Positions 1-12,297 of a stretch of DNA of 64,000 bases are shown here, one piece after another (the stretch's first letter is position 1; every line of letters starts with the position of its first letter). Both the position numbers and the translations under genes were made by a program. A model generated the notes under the pieces. That model saw nothing but the letters and a program-made list of their open reading frames with translations. It was not told the origin of the DNA and ran no database searches. This DNA is from Octopus bimaculoides (taxonomy: Eukaryota): contig NC_068984.1 in assembly GCF_001194135.2 (NCBI RefSeq), forward strand, positions 105,308,835 to 105,372,834, written 5' to 3'.

Positions 1-544
1 ATGAGTCTGTCAAAGCAGCTTTGACTGAGGAGGCGCATAATAAAGTTGAAACACTGTTGTATCTCAAAGTTCTCTTACAGTGGTAAATCACGTGTATTAT
101 GGACACACATCATCAAAAGGGACTAGCTAATCTCCAATGATGAAAAATGACAGCAATCAGATATTCCTATTTGAATTTGCCAGAACATAAGAATGAACAG
201 ATGCAGTATTGTCTTGACTCTCATGCAGCCCATGAATTAAACAATCAACTTTATATCATATATTTTTTACACTTTTCATTATTATAAAACTGTGATGTTA
301 AAACTATCAATTTTTTATTAGATTTTTTTTTTTAACATTATGAGAAACAGTGAATTAGCTAAAACAGGCGTTGATGTTCCAAGTTTCAGTGAAAGCCAAC
401 GATTTGATGGGCAAACAACAAAATTAAACTTATTCAGAAGAAATATATTTTTATACAATTTGATTTTTTAAAAAAATGTAACTTCACATTACTTCCTTAA
501 CAATAATAACCTTATTAATGTAATCAAGCAACTGATTCACTCAC

Positions 545-659
545 CATGTACATAGTTGTCCCATGTCTTACGATATTCAAGATCCATGTACACCTGTGAG
601 CATATTTCAGGATCTAAATCCATTTCTCCAAAGACTTTGTACTTGTATAAACCTGAACT
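545..659 (-). CDS. PCTP: Phosphatidylcholine transfer protein (START domain), coding exon 2
   Basis: Missed by the ORF track. Reverse strand: acceptor atttcttttag, then SSGLYKYKVFGEMDLDPEICSQVYMDLEYRKTWDNYVH+G, then donor GTGAGT. Matches vertebrate PCTP 'GLYEYKVFG...YMDSDYRKQWDQYV'. 115 nt, phase 0 to phase 1. Confidence 0.93.
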
Positions 660-832
660 CTAAAAGAAATTAGAAATACTGGTAAGAAGTTGAATACAAG
701 AGTAGAGTCAAAAACTTAATTGTTAAATGTAAATTTGTCTCTAAACTGATATGTATTTATTATTATAATATATATATTATTTTATGTATCTATATTATGT
801 ATTATTATTATGATTATTACTATTATATATAA

Positions 833-1421
833 AGACGGCGAGTCTGACAGAATCACTAGCATGTCAGAAAACATATTTAGCGGCATTTCTTACAACTCCT
901 TTCAAGGTTGATAAATTATAGTATCAGTCAAGTACTGGGGTGGATATGATTAACTAACCCTATCCTCCTAAAATTACTGGCCTTGTGCTAAAATTTATAA
1001 CCACTATTATTATTCTGCCAAAGTTGATTTATCCTTTCATCCTTTCGGGGTCAATAAAATAAGTCCCAGCTAAGCACTGGGGTCCATGTAATCAACTAGC
1101 CCCTCCACCAACATTTCAGGTTTTGTGCCTGTAGCAGAAAGAATTATCATTATTGTCATTATATATCAAATATCTCGTTACAATTATTATATATTAAGGT
1201 GGCAAGCTGGCAGAATCAATAGAGTGTAGGAAAAAATGCTTAGTAACATTTTTCCCAACTCTTTATATTCTGAGTTCAATTATCTGCAAGGTCAACTTTG
1301 CATTTCATCCTTTCAGGGTTGATAAATCATAGTATCAGTCAAGTACTGGGGTGGATATGATTAACTAACCCTATCTTCCTTGTGCTAAAATTTGTACTGG
1401 CCTTGTGCTAAAATTTGTAAC

Positions 1422-1425
<4 letters not shown>
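833..1425 (+). mobile_element. Cluster of about 3 copies of tRNA-derived SINE family A
   Basis: Repeated ggcgag/caagctggcagaatc...ttctgagttcaa...ctttcatcctttcggggtcgataaa...gtaccagt...ggccttgtgcc body; same family at many other sites. Confidence 0.8.
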
Positions 1426-1452
<27 letters not shown>

Positions 1453-1464
1453 GTTGTTGTTGTT

Positions 1465-1700
1465 GTGAAAGCACATGGGTTAATGGTTAGGGTGTTTCAC
1501 TCATGATCATAAGATTGAGGTTTTGATTCCTGGACTGGGTGATGCATTGTGTTCTTGGGCAAAACACTTCATTTCATGTTGCCACTCAACTAGTAAAAAT
1601 GAGTAATCCTGTGGCAGACAAGAGTCCCATGCTGGGGAGACAAAATATATATGCCGCAGAATCTGGGAAACTGACTTTATAAGACAATGGGTCAGGAAGG
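1465..1700 (+). mobile_element. tRNA-derived SINE family C
   Basis: gcacatgggttaatggttagggtg...ggttttgattcctggactgg...gtgttcttgggcaaaacacttcatttca; homologous to 24035-24170 and, reversed, to about 31490-31645. Confidence 0.7.
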
Positions 1701-1749
1701 ACCTTTGGTCTTGCTTGTTTGATTATTATCATTAAGTATGTCAGCACAG

Positions 1750-2960
1750 TCATGTATTTCTAAGCTGATGGTCTAGTTGACTAATGTGGATGAGGCTTCT
1801 CTTGATTGTAATGGTGCAAGTGGTGTTATTGTTTTTCTCAGGTGTGGTACTGGTGCTTACTGCTGATGTTGTTGAATGGATCTTTCCTGCTGCTCTTTCT
1901 ATTGATGTTTGGGATGTTGCTGCTCTTGGCACTGATGTTGTTGTTGTTGTTATTGCTGGTGCTTTTGATATTGTCATTGGTGTTGTGTTAAAGGTGTTTG
2001 CAGTAGCAGGGTTTTTCCTTTCTTTGCATGGGATGGGAAGCATTTAAATGGCTTGTCTTCCCACAAATGTCATCTTGGCTTTCTGCTCTCGACTGCTACA
2101 AATAACTGCATTCTATCAGGAATGTTGATCAGGTTAGGGACAGCTTTGATAATGCTCAGATCAGAGTGTGTCCACATTTCCATATCTGACCAATTTAGCT
2201 TTCCCATTATGTTGACTTGCAGAATTCTTGTTTTGCTCACTATGTCATATAATATAGCTTCCACCAGCAAGATGTCCACTTTTGGTGGCACCTCCACTAC
2301 CTTTATTTTGAGCACCCTTTGACCAAAGTATGTGGGAATTAGGTAGGAATTAACCTTAATTCCTCACTTTTTTTGGTTAATTCTTCAGTTGAGAATCTTA
2401 CCCCAACTGTGCCAAAAAGTCTTCCATGGGCAACATAAGTTTTTAAACTCCAGACAGGTCTTGGGCATTTTTCAGTCTGGGTCTGCATTGCTCGTTCCAG
2501 TTGCCTGGTCTTTATTGAAATATATTTATATAAGATGTTTTTTCCTTAGTGTTTACCTGTATTTCCTCTAGTATGTTAAGGAAGACTATTCTCCCATTCT
2601 TTGTTTAAATGCACTTTGGTGTTGCTTAATGTTTTTTTTCTGTTAACTCAACTTTTTTCATTTTGCAATAAGCTTGTGAGAAACCATTTCCATTCTGCTT
2701 AGAAATAAAACAGCCATTATTGTCATTTTATTAATGCTTCTGTTGGATTTGGTGATGGTGTTGATACTGGAGACAGTGGTGGAGGTTGTGCTTGTGTCAT
2801 TTTAAAATATATCCTGCTCATCACTGCTACTTCTGATGCTGCTGCTGTCTGAGCTTTGTTTCTTGACCATAACAGCTGTTCCAACAGCTACCACTTCCCT
2901 CAATTTGGGAAGCCATATTGATATTTTTTGTTTTAAAATATTAAATCTTCAATTTTAAAT
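1750..2960 (-). mobile_element. Degenerate gag/ORF1-like retroelement remnant with eroded CCHC zinc knuckle
   Basis: Broken ORFs; KIKVVEVPPKVDILLVEAIL...RKPR*HL(C)GKTSHLNAS(C)P reconstructs a CX2CX4HX4C knuckle with a stop and a frameshift, followed by a low-complexity Thr/Ala-rich tail. Confidence 0.5.
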
Positions 2961-3135
2961 CTAAAAATTTTCCCTTAAAGGGCAAATTCTCACCAGACCA
3001 GCACATTTCACTTGCAGTGAGCTGGCTTATTTAGCAAACAGCTAAAAAAACAGAATTGGAATACCAGCTAATAAAACAACAAATTTTAAAGAAAACTTAT
3101 GAACTACAAACAAGTATCCACTCCTTCCAAACACC

Positions 3136-3167
<32 letters not shown>

Positions 3168-3169
<2 letters not shown>

Positions 3170-3585
3170 GTTTCAAATTTTGGCACAAGGCCAGCAATTT
3201 GGGGGAGGGTTAAGTTGATTCCATCAACCCCAGTAATCAACTGGTACTTATTCTATTGACCCTGAAAGGATGAAAGTCAAAATCCACCTTGGCAGAATTT
3301 GAACTCAGAACATAAAGACAGATGAAATGCCACTAAGCATTTTGCCCTGCGTACTCACAATTCTGCTAGCTCACCTTTGGCTTGAGGTCAGCAATTTCAG
3401 GGGATAGGGGTAAGTTGATTACATTGACCCCAATACTTAACTGGTACTTATTTTATTGACCCCAAAAAGAAGAAAGGCAAAGTCGACTTTGGCAGAATTT
3501 GAACATAGAACATGAAGGCAGATAAAATGCCATTAAGCATTTCACCTGGTGTGCTAACAATTCTGGCAGCTTGCCACCTTAGTAA
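3168..3585 (-). mobile_element. Two tandem SINE family A copies
   Basis: Reverse complement of family A (gcacaaggccagcaattt...aggatgaaag...atttgaactcagaac...gctagctcacc). Confidence 0.8.
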
Positions 3586-4645
3586 CAACAACAACAATAA
3601 TACAGTGAAAATAAGAGCACCACGACAAACCACAGCACATACCAAAGGCACACAAAGCTGTGCTCAGTAGTGCAGTGAAAGCACGTGATAAAGATAAGAC
3701 TGCTGAATATTATAATAATTCTGCTTGTCATTCTGTTACTCAGCCCATCAGTAACACTTTCATGCGATTAGAGAAAAAAGGGAGAAAGAAAAGGGGGAGA
3801 GAGAAGTGCCCATGATGTGAAGTAGAGGGAATGTAACTGTAACGCTTTCACATGATCAGTTGAAGGGAAAGTGAGGAGAAAGAAAAAGGAGAAAAAGAGT
3901 ATAAGGCAAAGAGTGACACAGAAAGAGGGAGAAAGAAAAAGAAAAGATGGAGAGAGAAAAAGAGGGAGAGAGAAGCGTCCATGATGTGAAGTAGGGGGAA
4001 CATAATATTTATTACGTGGTTAAAAAAGTTAGATGAAAGTAGTGATGATATAGAGGGGGAGAGTTAAAAATATAATTTTAGCAGAGGGGTGATGTTCTGA
4101 TGATGAATTTAAAGAAAGGCAGGGAGAGAGAGGGGGGAGATAATGATGATGGTGGTGGTGGTGGTGGTGGTGGTAGAGATGGAGGTGGTGGTGATGATTG
4201 GATAGTGAAAAGTGTATTTTTTTAAAAATTGAACTAACTTTTTTATATCACCTATCACTTAACACATGCACATAAGTGCAATCCCATAAAATATTCGTGC
4301 TTATTTACATGGCAGATATATGCAATTTAACTAAAGGTTGTATCATATGTACAGGATATTTTTTTTGTTCATGGGGAGAATAGAAAAATAAGAGTGCATA
4401 TTTATTTCATGAGTGCTGTGTATTAAGTCTATAAAATTGTGCATAAAATATATAAAGTGTATATATAAAAGGCATTATGTAATCATCGTATTCCAATTTC
4501 TTTCTCTTTTCAGTGAATAGCAGATGAGCAACTATCTTTCCATACAGACACAACATAGGCTACACTGTCAGGTTTTTTGGATAAAGTTTTCAGAAATAAC
4601 CAGACAGGTTTACCATTAATTCCATGAAATATTCATGGGTCCTGC

Positions 4646-4681
<36 letters not shown>

Positions 4682-4874
4682 TAATGCCTGGATGCNNNNN
4701 NNNNNTATATATATACACACGCACACAATAACGATATAATTGCTTTTTATTTTTAATTCAAACTGTAGGGTTGCTATAAGAAAAGGTCATTTATCAGCAG
4801 TAGCAACAACAACACCAACAATGGCACCAAACGTGCCGTTATGAAATAGAAGAATAAATAGAATGGTTATTTAC

Positions 4875-5129
4875 TTGTTTAGGATCGTCATAGTAAATGC
4901 CAATGGTTTTCTTATAAGGTGCCAGTCGTACCACTTCGCAGAATAAATGGCCCGCGTCTTTGTAGGGCCCACGAGCGAATTTGTACGCAACAACAATTTC
5001 GCCGATAGGAGGTCTCCCTGTGGTAATCTGGATATTATAGAAGAGACCCGAGTAGACCAAGAGAGCGAAAATAGAAAGTAGAATCCCCAACAGTAAGCCA
5101 AATATTCCCCAAATGAGCAATGTCTCCAT
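4875..5129 (-). CDS. TEX264: TEX264 (ER-phagy receptor; N-terminal TM anchor + start of GyrI-like domain), first coding exon
   Basis: METLLIWGIFGLLLGILLSIFALLVYSGLFYNIQITTGRPPIGEIVVAYKFARGPYKDAGHLFCEVVRLAPYKKTIGIYYDDPKQ, then donor GTAAAT. Matches the TEX264 pattern YSGL...PPI..V.VAYKF..G.Y...G.LF.E.......I.YYD.P. Upstream acceptor ttaattctctccAG at 5202-5203. No later TEX264 exon found in the window. Confidence 0.9.
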
Positions 5130-5919
5130 TTCAACGAAAAAAAAAATCCAGTCTGGTTTAAGGCGACAAGTTAAAAGTAAATTGAGCTTCTGTTCTCTCA
5201 ACTGGAGAGAATTAACACAAGGGGGATAACTAGTGAGATATCAATGGTAAATAGGGGAGGAGAGAGAGAGATGATGTTAATGCGGAGAGACAGAGAGGAG
5301 GCGAGAGAAAGGAGAAAGAAAGAGAGAGAGAGAGAGAGGGAGAAACAGACCAGGAAGAGAGAAAAAATGTAAAAGAAGAATAGAGAATGAAAGAAATGAA
5401 GAGAGAGAGAGAAGGAGAAAACGGAAGGGGTAGGAGAGAATAAGAGAGGAAGGGAAGGGTGTGAAGCCAGAGTGGGAGTAAAGAAGATGAAGTGGGTTGA
5501 AAGTGCAAGTAACATTGAGGGAATTTAGCATCATATGAAGTTAACTGTCGTTGAGTTTGTTTAGCCCAAGGCAAAGCTTGATCAAACAGGCTAATGATGT
5601 AAGGCGTTGAAGCCGTAAATATCCAATCTCTCTGTCATCGTATATATAAGATTTCATTAACCTTTGTGCCTTTCCTACTATTTTTAGCGGTGGTGGTCAT
5701 GTCGCCAGTTTTGGGTAGTGTTTCCTACTTGTATTTTTGAGCAGGAACTGAATTAAGTTTGTTAGCTTTTGTTGTTTTTTTTTCAGTGTTAGTTATTTTA
5801 TATTTAACGTGGTTTTGAATAATATATGCATCATATACATACATGTTATATACGTAATTATTATCTTAAAAAACTTAGTGACTAAGATGAAGTTACGGAC
5901 TTAAAAAAAAGTTATTTCA

Positions 5920-6047
5920 CTTGAGTTCCCCAAATGGATGAAAGTCAGAGTCAACTTCAGAGGGATTTTGAACTCAGAACGTAAAGACGTACGAAATACC
6001 GCTAAGCATCTTGTCTGGCGTGTCAAGGATTCCACCGTCTCGCCGCC

Positions 6048-6050
<3 letters not shown>
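5920..6050 (-). mobile_element. SINE family A (5' part) followed by (AAT)n/(GAT)n
   Basis: ggatgaaagtcagagtcaac...gaactcagaacgtaaagac...ctcgccgcctta. Confidence 0.7.
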
Positions 6051-6094
<44 letters not shown>

Positions 6095-6135
6095 AATGAT
6101 GATGATGATGATGATGATTATGATGATGATGATGA

Positions 6136-6715
6136 TTGCCCTGATGCAGTACCAGGCAGTGACTCTCATGGCTTCTGATCTTAATTGATTGGAAGTGTTA
6201 TCAAGTGTTAAAATGGGCTACAGCAAATATTCTGCTTAATATCACAGATTTGCTTGTCANNNNNNNNNNATACCACAGATTTGCTTGTCAGTTGTTTGAC
6301 TTTAACCAGTTGAGCATGATCCTTAGTGGCTGATAATATGTGCATCTCTGATCACGAGCAGAAGTAGTAGGGGAGCATCATAGCCATGTGTTGAGAGAAA
6401 TTCTTTGGGGTTTTAATAATTTACTTCTGGAAATATGGATGCTTCCTTCAACATCCTTAAACAACCCTTATTCAAGGACCACTTGAGCGGGGTGGGCTAC
6501 TCGACCTGAAGACAATTCTAACTGGGCCCCACCTGCGAGGTCATGCGCTGTTTATCTTGATATGAGATCACCATGTCGCGCACATATGGTTGTGATGCAT
6601 ATGCCTGGTGTACCCTTATCAGATGGGTTGTCATGATGGGTGTACTGGGCTTCGTATATTTCACCCCAGTGTCCCTTTGATGGCATGCACTACTCTCTCA
6701 CTCAATAATAATAAT
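6136..6715. repeat. Unclassified interspersed repeat bounded by (GAT)n and (AAT)n
   Basis: GC-richer block; its first bases (gccctgatgc) resemble gcctggatgc at 4686-4695; the 10-N gap at 6260-6269 has about 20 bp duplicated on both sides. Confidence 0.45.
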
Positions 6716-6721
6716 AATTCT

Positions 6722-7075
6722 TTAAGAGGGACAAGCAACAGTGCCTAATAATTGATGTGGCAGTGCCAGGAGATCAACATCTTGTCATGAAGAGAAAAAC
6801 TTCACAAATATAGAGACCTGAAAGTTGAGATCACCAAGTTGGGGCAACTGCCAGAGTCAAATGTAAAAGTTGTTCCTGTTGTCATTGCAGCATAGAGTTT
6901 AATACCACCTAACCTAAAGAAACATCTGGACACTTTAAAAAATACACTGGAATCTTGGGTTATTGCAAGAATTGGCTTTACTTGGAACTGCACAGTTACT
7001 GCATAAAGTGCTGGCTATCTGCGGTCCTTGTTATGACTTGACAGACAGCAAAAATCCCCAGTACATACAATATCT
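6722..7075 (+). mobile_element. R4/Dong-type non-LTR retrotransposon 3' fragment (restriction-like endonuclease)
   Basis: With frameshifts: KRDKQQCLIIDVAVPGDQHLVMK..K..KYRDLKVEITKL....VKVVPVVIAA...LQELALLGTAQLLHKVL; begins right after an (AAT)n run. Confidence 0.75.
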
Positions 7076-7560
7076 TCAATCTACAATATCCCAATATTGG
7101 ATACTGTGCAATGTCTTCAACAGTAACAACATCAACAACAGCAGCAGCAATAGCTACTATGATGACAATGATGATGTAAATATTCCATAAAACATTAAAG
7201 CTTTAAGTAATGTTTCTTATGGTTTTTGTTATTTTTTTAAAAGTAGGAATTGGATCAAAAGAAAGAATTTGCAAACAAAAGCAACAAACTAATTATGTAT
7301 AATTAAGTAGATAGTCTGACTGCAATACTTTAATAATAGTGAATAAGTTTATTTTCATAAATGAAACAAAAGCACTGAAACTGAGCCAAAAGATTTTAAT
7401 TAATTATAATTACACCTGCAGGGAGAAAAGAGAAAAATGAGGACAGTTTTTGCTTTGGTTCTTTATGTTCTCAGTTCAAATCTTGTCACAGTCAACTTTG
7501 CCTTTCATTTTGCTGAAGGCTGATGAAACATATACCAGTGAAGGCCTAGGACTGACTTAA

Positions 7561-7785
7561 CCCATTAGCATTTAAAATGGCCATGTCCAACCTAAATATT
7601 CTATTTGTTTTATGTTCAAACTGGCCAAATCTTGGCTCTCACATTTATCTACTCTACAATGTCAATTTAAAAACAAAAAATCACATGATGGAAATCTTGA
7701 AGCTGTGAGATAATGCATGATTAATTCAAAAGAATGTGAATAAATGAGCATTATGTTCAGCAAAGTAATCTGAGTACTATTAGGT
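7561..7785. mobile_element. piggyBac-type MITE (degenerate right end)
   Basis: TTAA|CCCATTAGCAT left end; internal homology to the copies at 32288, 48160 and 52218. Confidence 0.65.
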
Positions 7786-8852
7786 TGACCAACAGTTAAT
7801 TTAAGCCAATGTGCAATGCGCTAACTTGTTACAAGGGAACTCAAATCTTCACCCACCTACATGTAGGGTTCTAAAGACAAGTGAATTGACAAATTAGCCT
7901 GAGTACATCTCATCACTCCTATTTTTGTCTCTTTCCAGTTCCAACTAAATCATACCCACCCTCTTCTAAAATGTGAGTAAGCATATAGCTACTCTACAGT
8001 AAAAAACCTGTTCTGCTCTGGCCCCATCTCTTAATCCTTTATCTCTTAGCATAAAACTACCTCTCTTAGGGATTTATAGTCTTGCAAGCTGCATGGTAAC
8101 CTTACTAGTGATGGTAGCATGAAAAAAGAATCCAGTACCCACAGTAAGGTGGTTTGCATTAGGAAAGGCATCTAGCTATAGAAATCATGGCAAAATAGAC
8201 AATGGAGCACAATGCACCAGATCCTCTCAAACTGTCCAACCAATGCCAACGTAGAGCATGGATATTAAAGTGACAATGATGATGATGATGATGATAATGA
8301 AGACCCTATATTACTGCCAACACACACACACACACACACGCACTATAATCTACCTATACATACATATACTCTTTCAAATATGCAAAGGTAAAATAAATAA
8401 GGACAGAAAAATCATCTTAATCATTCATTTTCATGAAAGAGAGGAAAGAACACTAGAATTAGAATTCATTTTAAAATATGGTACACAGACTGAGCTTCGG
8501 CAGTAATGGACAAAACTTTGGGCATGTTTCACTTTTATTAGATCTCATCAGTGAAACTAGGTTTAAGCCAGTCTTTTCCACCCAAGTTCCTCAAAACCTT
8601 ACAACTCCTAAAGGTGTCGCAAGGTATTCTGCAAGAAACTGTCATAAACAGTCTAATTATATGTAAGTACAATTTTGAGGCAGTTTTTTTGTTTTTATGT
8701 CTATTTTTGAATTTTACTTTGAAAAGGTAAATTTATGAAAATATCACTACCAGTGGAAAATTCATGAGAGATATGATAATTGCTTAAGGCAAATCCATTT
8801 TGAACTGGATTAATTGAATAACATACTTATTCCTCTTAATAATAACAAATGT

Positions 8853-9330
8853 AGGCGCAGGAGTGGCTGTGTGGTAAGTAGCTTGCTTACCAACCACATG
8901 GTTCTGGATTCAGTTCCACTGCGTGGCACTTTGGGCAAGTGTCTTCTACTATAGCCTTGGGCCGACCAGAGCCTTGTGAGTGGATTTGGTAGACAGAAAC
9001 TGAAAGAAGCATGTCGTATATATGTATTTTTCTATATATGTGTTTTTCTCCTTGTCTCCGTATTCTTTCTGTTGAAGAGCGTNNNNNNNNNNATATATAT
9101 ATATATATGTATGTATGTTTGTGTGTCTGTGTTTGTCCCCCCAACATCGCTTGACAACCAATGCTGGTGTGTTTACGTCCCCGTAACTTAGCGGTTCGGC
9201 AAAAAGAGACCGATAGAATAAGTACTAGGCTTACAAAAGAATAAGTCCTGGGGTCGATTTGCTCGACTAAAGACGGTGCTCCAGCATGACCGTAGTCAAA
9301 TGACTGAAACAAGTAAAAGAGTAAAAGAGA
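8853..9330 (+). mobile_element. tRNA-derived SINE family B with composite 3' module
   Basis: ggcgcaggagtggctgtgtggtaag...ggattcagttccactgcgtggcac head; gccttgtgagtggatttggtagacagaaactgaaagaagc body; tail ...gactgaaacaagtaaaaga. Homologous to 24660-25015. Confidence 0.8.
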
Positions 9331-9627
9331 GATATATAAAATCTGGGCAATGTTTCGGTATTAGTACATGATGTCAGTCATGAGTGAGTATGTGTATGAG
9401 TGTGCGTTTAACTGTTCAACTCTGTAGAAGCGGTGTAAGACAATGTCATGCTAACTCCTGATATCATAGACTTTTACCGAAAGAGGGCCAAAATCTGTAC
9501 ATGGACAGTAACTGTTACCTTGTCATTTAGTAAGGCTGAATAACATTATTCAGCATTACAAAATGACAAGATAAGTTTCATGGAATTCAAAGTACCACAG
9601 CAGCTCATTGTCATTGATGTACTAGTT

Positions 9628-9639
9628 GAGAGAGAGAGA

Positions 9640-9731
<92 letters not shown>
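9628..9731. repeat. (AG)n microsatellite
   Basis: Directly visible near-perfect AG run. Confidence 0.97.
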
Positions 9732-9948
9732 TTCAGTAATATCAAATCAACAAGGTCTGGGTTTCTTCCCATTGCTTATCTCCCAATCTTGAAATACATT
9801 GTTTGAATTTTATTGAAGCTTTCTTTCAATAGCAATGACACCTTTGAGGTGTAAAAATAATTGATATCACACACACATACATACAGTAAAGTCCGAGGCC
9901 ACTGTCAACCTTTTCTCTGTAAAATATGTACTCTATATAAAAATTAAT

Positions 9949-10437
9949 TTTTCAGAGAAAGCACATGAGAAGTGAAAATATTTGTTCGGCAATTTCCGTA
10001 CAATTTTTTTTTATTTCTTTAATTTTTCTTTTCAGCTGAATTGTTTATTTTTATGGGTTTTTTTTGCGCCTGTGCGTGTATGTATGTATATTTGGATGTT
10101 TGTGTTTATGTGCATGTGTGTATATTGTGTACGTGTATCTATTTCTTCAAATTTTTTCTAGGTGAATCGCTTATGTTTATGTATTTTTTGGTGTACGTAT
10201 GTGTGTGTATGTATACATATTTGTATATGTATGTATTTATGCTCATGTATGTGTATACACATGTATATTTGTGTATGCATATACTTACATACACAAATAT
10301 ATAGATACACACACACATAAACACATCATACACAAAAATACAAAAATATAAGGTGAAAACAAAAAGAGGAAAAAAAAACTTTACGGAAATTGCCGAACTA
10401 ATATCTATCACTGCTCATATATATACCTTCTCTGAAA
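9949..10437. mobile_element. Non-autonomous TIR element with imperfect terminal inverted repeats
   Basis: tttcagagaa...atatttgttcggcaatttccgtacaattttttt versus aaaaaaactttacggaaattgccgaactaatat...ttctctgaaa; interior is GT-rich then AC-rich. Confidence 0.6.
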
Positions 10438-10667
10438 GATTTCCTGATTTCCACAAAGGCAAACTTTAATATACAATATATGTCTAGCATTATCAGGTAT
10501 TTATACAGTTTATAGTAACAACAAAAGCAGGAAAATACTGTGAGTGTCAAAAAAACACAGTATAAAATATTGATTAAAAAATGACGTATGAATTAGTGCA
10601 AAGTCTAATTACATTTCAGATTAGATAAAACTCTCACAAGTGGTAAACTTGATATATTATCTCTCAT

Positions 10668-10870
10668 AAGGTGGCAAGCTGGCAGAATAGTTAGCACGCC
10701 GGGCAACGGCATTTCGTTCTGAGTTCAAATTACGCTGACATCGATCTTTGCCTTTCATCCATTCGGGATCGATAAAATAAGTACCAGTTGAGCACTGGAG
10801 CCGATGTAATCGACTTACCCACTCCCCCACCCCGAAATGACTGGATTTGCACCAAAATTTGAAAGCAATA
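10668..10870 (+). mobile_element. SINE family A, relatively intact copy
   Basis: aaggtggcaagctggcagaatagttagcacgccgggc...ttctgagttcaaattacg...cctttcatccattcgggatcgataaaataagtaccag. Confidence 0.82.
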
Positions 10871-12171
10871 TATTATCTATTTCAGTTTGTGAAGGATGTT
10901 TGAAGTACAAATGTTAATTTGTTTATAGCAACAAGAATCACCCATTCGAATAAACAAGGACACCGCTAGTAGTTAAATAAGGGCATTCCTACAGATTAGT
11001 ACCCCACTAATTTAGTTTCTTCATAATTCCTTGAAAAATGCTTAGTTTTTAATAAAAGTTTGCAGATATGTATTTTAGATGAAGATTACAATTATATTCA
11101 GATCGTTCTTAAGCGCAAATCGCCACGACCAACAGTTTCCGTCACAAAAGCATTTATTTATTTTTTTTTCAGACTTATAAGTTTGAAACATCAAAACATC
11201 AACATAACGTAATATACACTCACCGAAAATATTTCTGCAAAATGTCATTTAAAAATATTCATTTTACAGAAAACTATGAGAAAACAAAATCGGAAAGTGT
11301 GAAACTGATCCGAAACTTCCTTTTACAAAAAATTTCAATATTGTCAACATAATTGTAATCCTTACTCTGGAAAATGTATCTCTATAAAGTTTCATTTTAA
11401 AATATACATTTTTCAGAAGGTTATGAGGAAACAGATTCAGTGAAATCTCAAACTGTAGTTATACCTATTAGAAAATGTTTCTATACCTCGAAGCCCTCTA
11501 AGTATTATCACAGATTTATATAAAGAATGTACTTGACAGAGTGAAAACAACGATTTATTATTTGAAAAGTATCACAAAAAGTAAGATTATGTATGAGGAA
11601 TTAGTAAAACTTAATGTTAGATGTAAACAAAAACAGAGGAAATGAAACTGAAATACATAAATAAAGGATTTCTATGGCAATATTCCACACAACGCAGTCA
11701 GGAAGCGCTGACTATTAAGTGGTGTATAAATAATTATGTTAAAAGACTACTGAAGCTGTAAGAACAGTAGAGACAAATGTAAATACTTTTATAGTCATGG
11801 CAGTTAGTAATTACATATATATAAATATATGATTTATTGCCATGTAGGTATATATATTGTCCTAAATGGATTTCCACATCTGGGTAGCATGAGGTGACCC
11901 CACCCCCACTAAATATGTCATTTCTGACATTTTTGTGGGAAAAGTTCGTCTGCCAAAATTTGTTTCTATTTACTTCCTGGAGTGACACACGATCAGTAAA
12001 TTAACTACAATAATTTCAGGTTCAGTGAGATCATAATTGCTCAACAAAGTGTGACGTCTCGCCAAAATGAATTGTTTTTTTGTTTTTTTTTTACCCAACT
12101 CATGTGAATCGTGTTTACATATCCAGTAGATTTATTTATATATTTTTGATTTCCTACATAATCATACTCAC

Positions 12172-12297
12172 AGCATTATATAATCTGTAGATTTTCATTC
12201 CGTGTGATTCAGTAAAAAATTCCCATTCTTCTAATTTCGGTTCGTCTAATTCCTCACAAGCTGCCGTAAATTCCGAATCTTCAAACAATGCCGCCAT
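12172..12297 (-). CDS. PCTP: Phosphatidylcholine transfer protein, coding exon 1
   Basis: aaaATGGCG start; MAALFEDSEFTAACEELDEPKLEEWEFFTESHGMKIYRLYNA (42 codons), then donor GTGAGTATG (phase 0). Joins exon 545-659 in frame and resembles the PCTP N-terminus (FSEEQF..AC.EL..P.....W......I.IYRL). Confidence 0.93.

Noticed and set aside
5198-5574. Leu/Ser/Phe-rich ORFs upstream of TEX264
   Set aside because: Translations of a GA/CT-rich low-complexity tract.
8853-8930. tRNA-like A/B-box sequences (also at SINE A and C heads)
   Set aside because: No complete cloverleaf; they are SINE heads, not tRNA genes.
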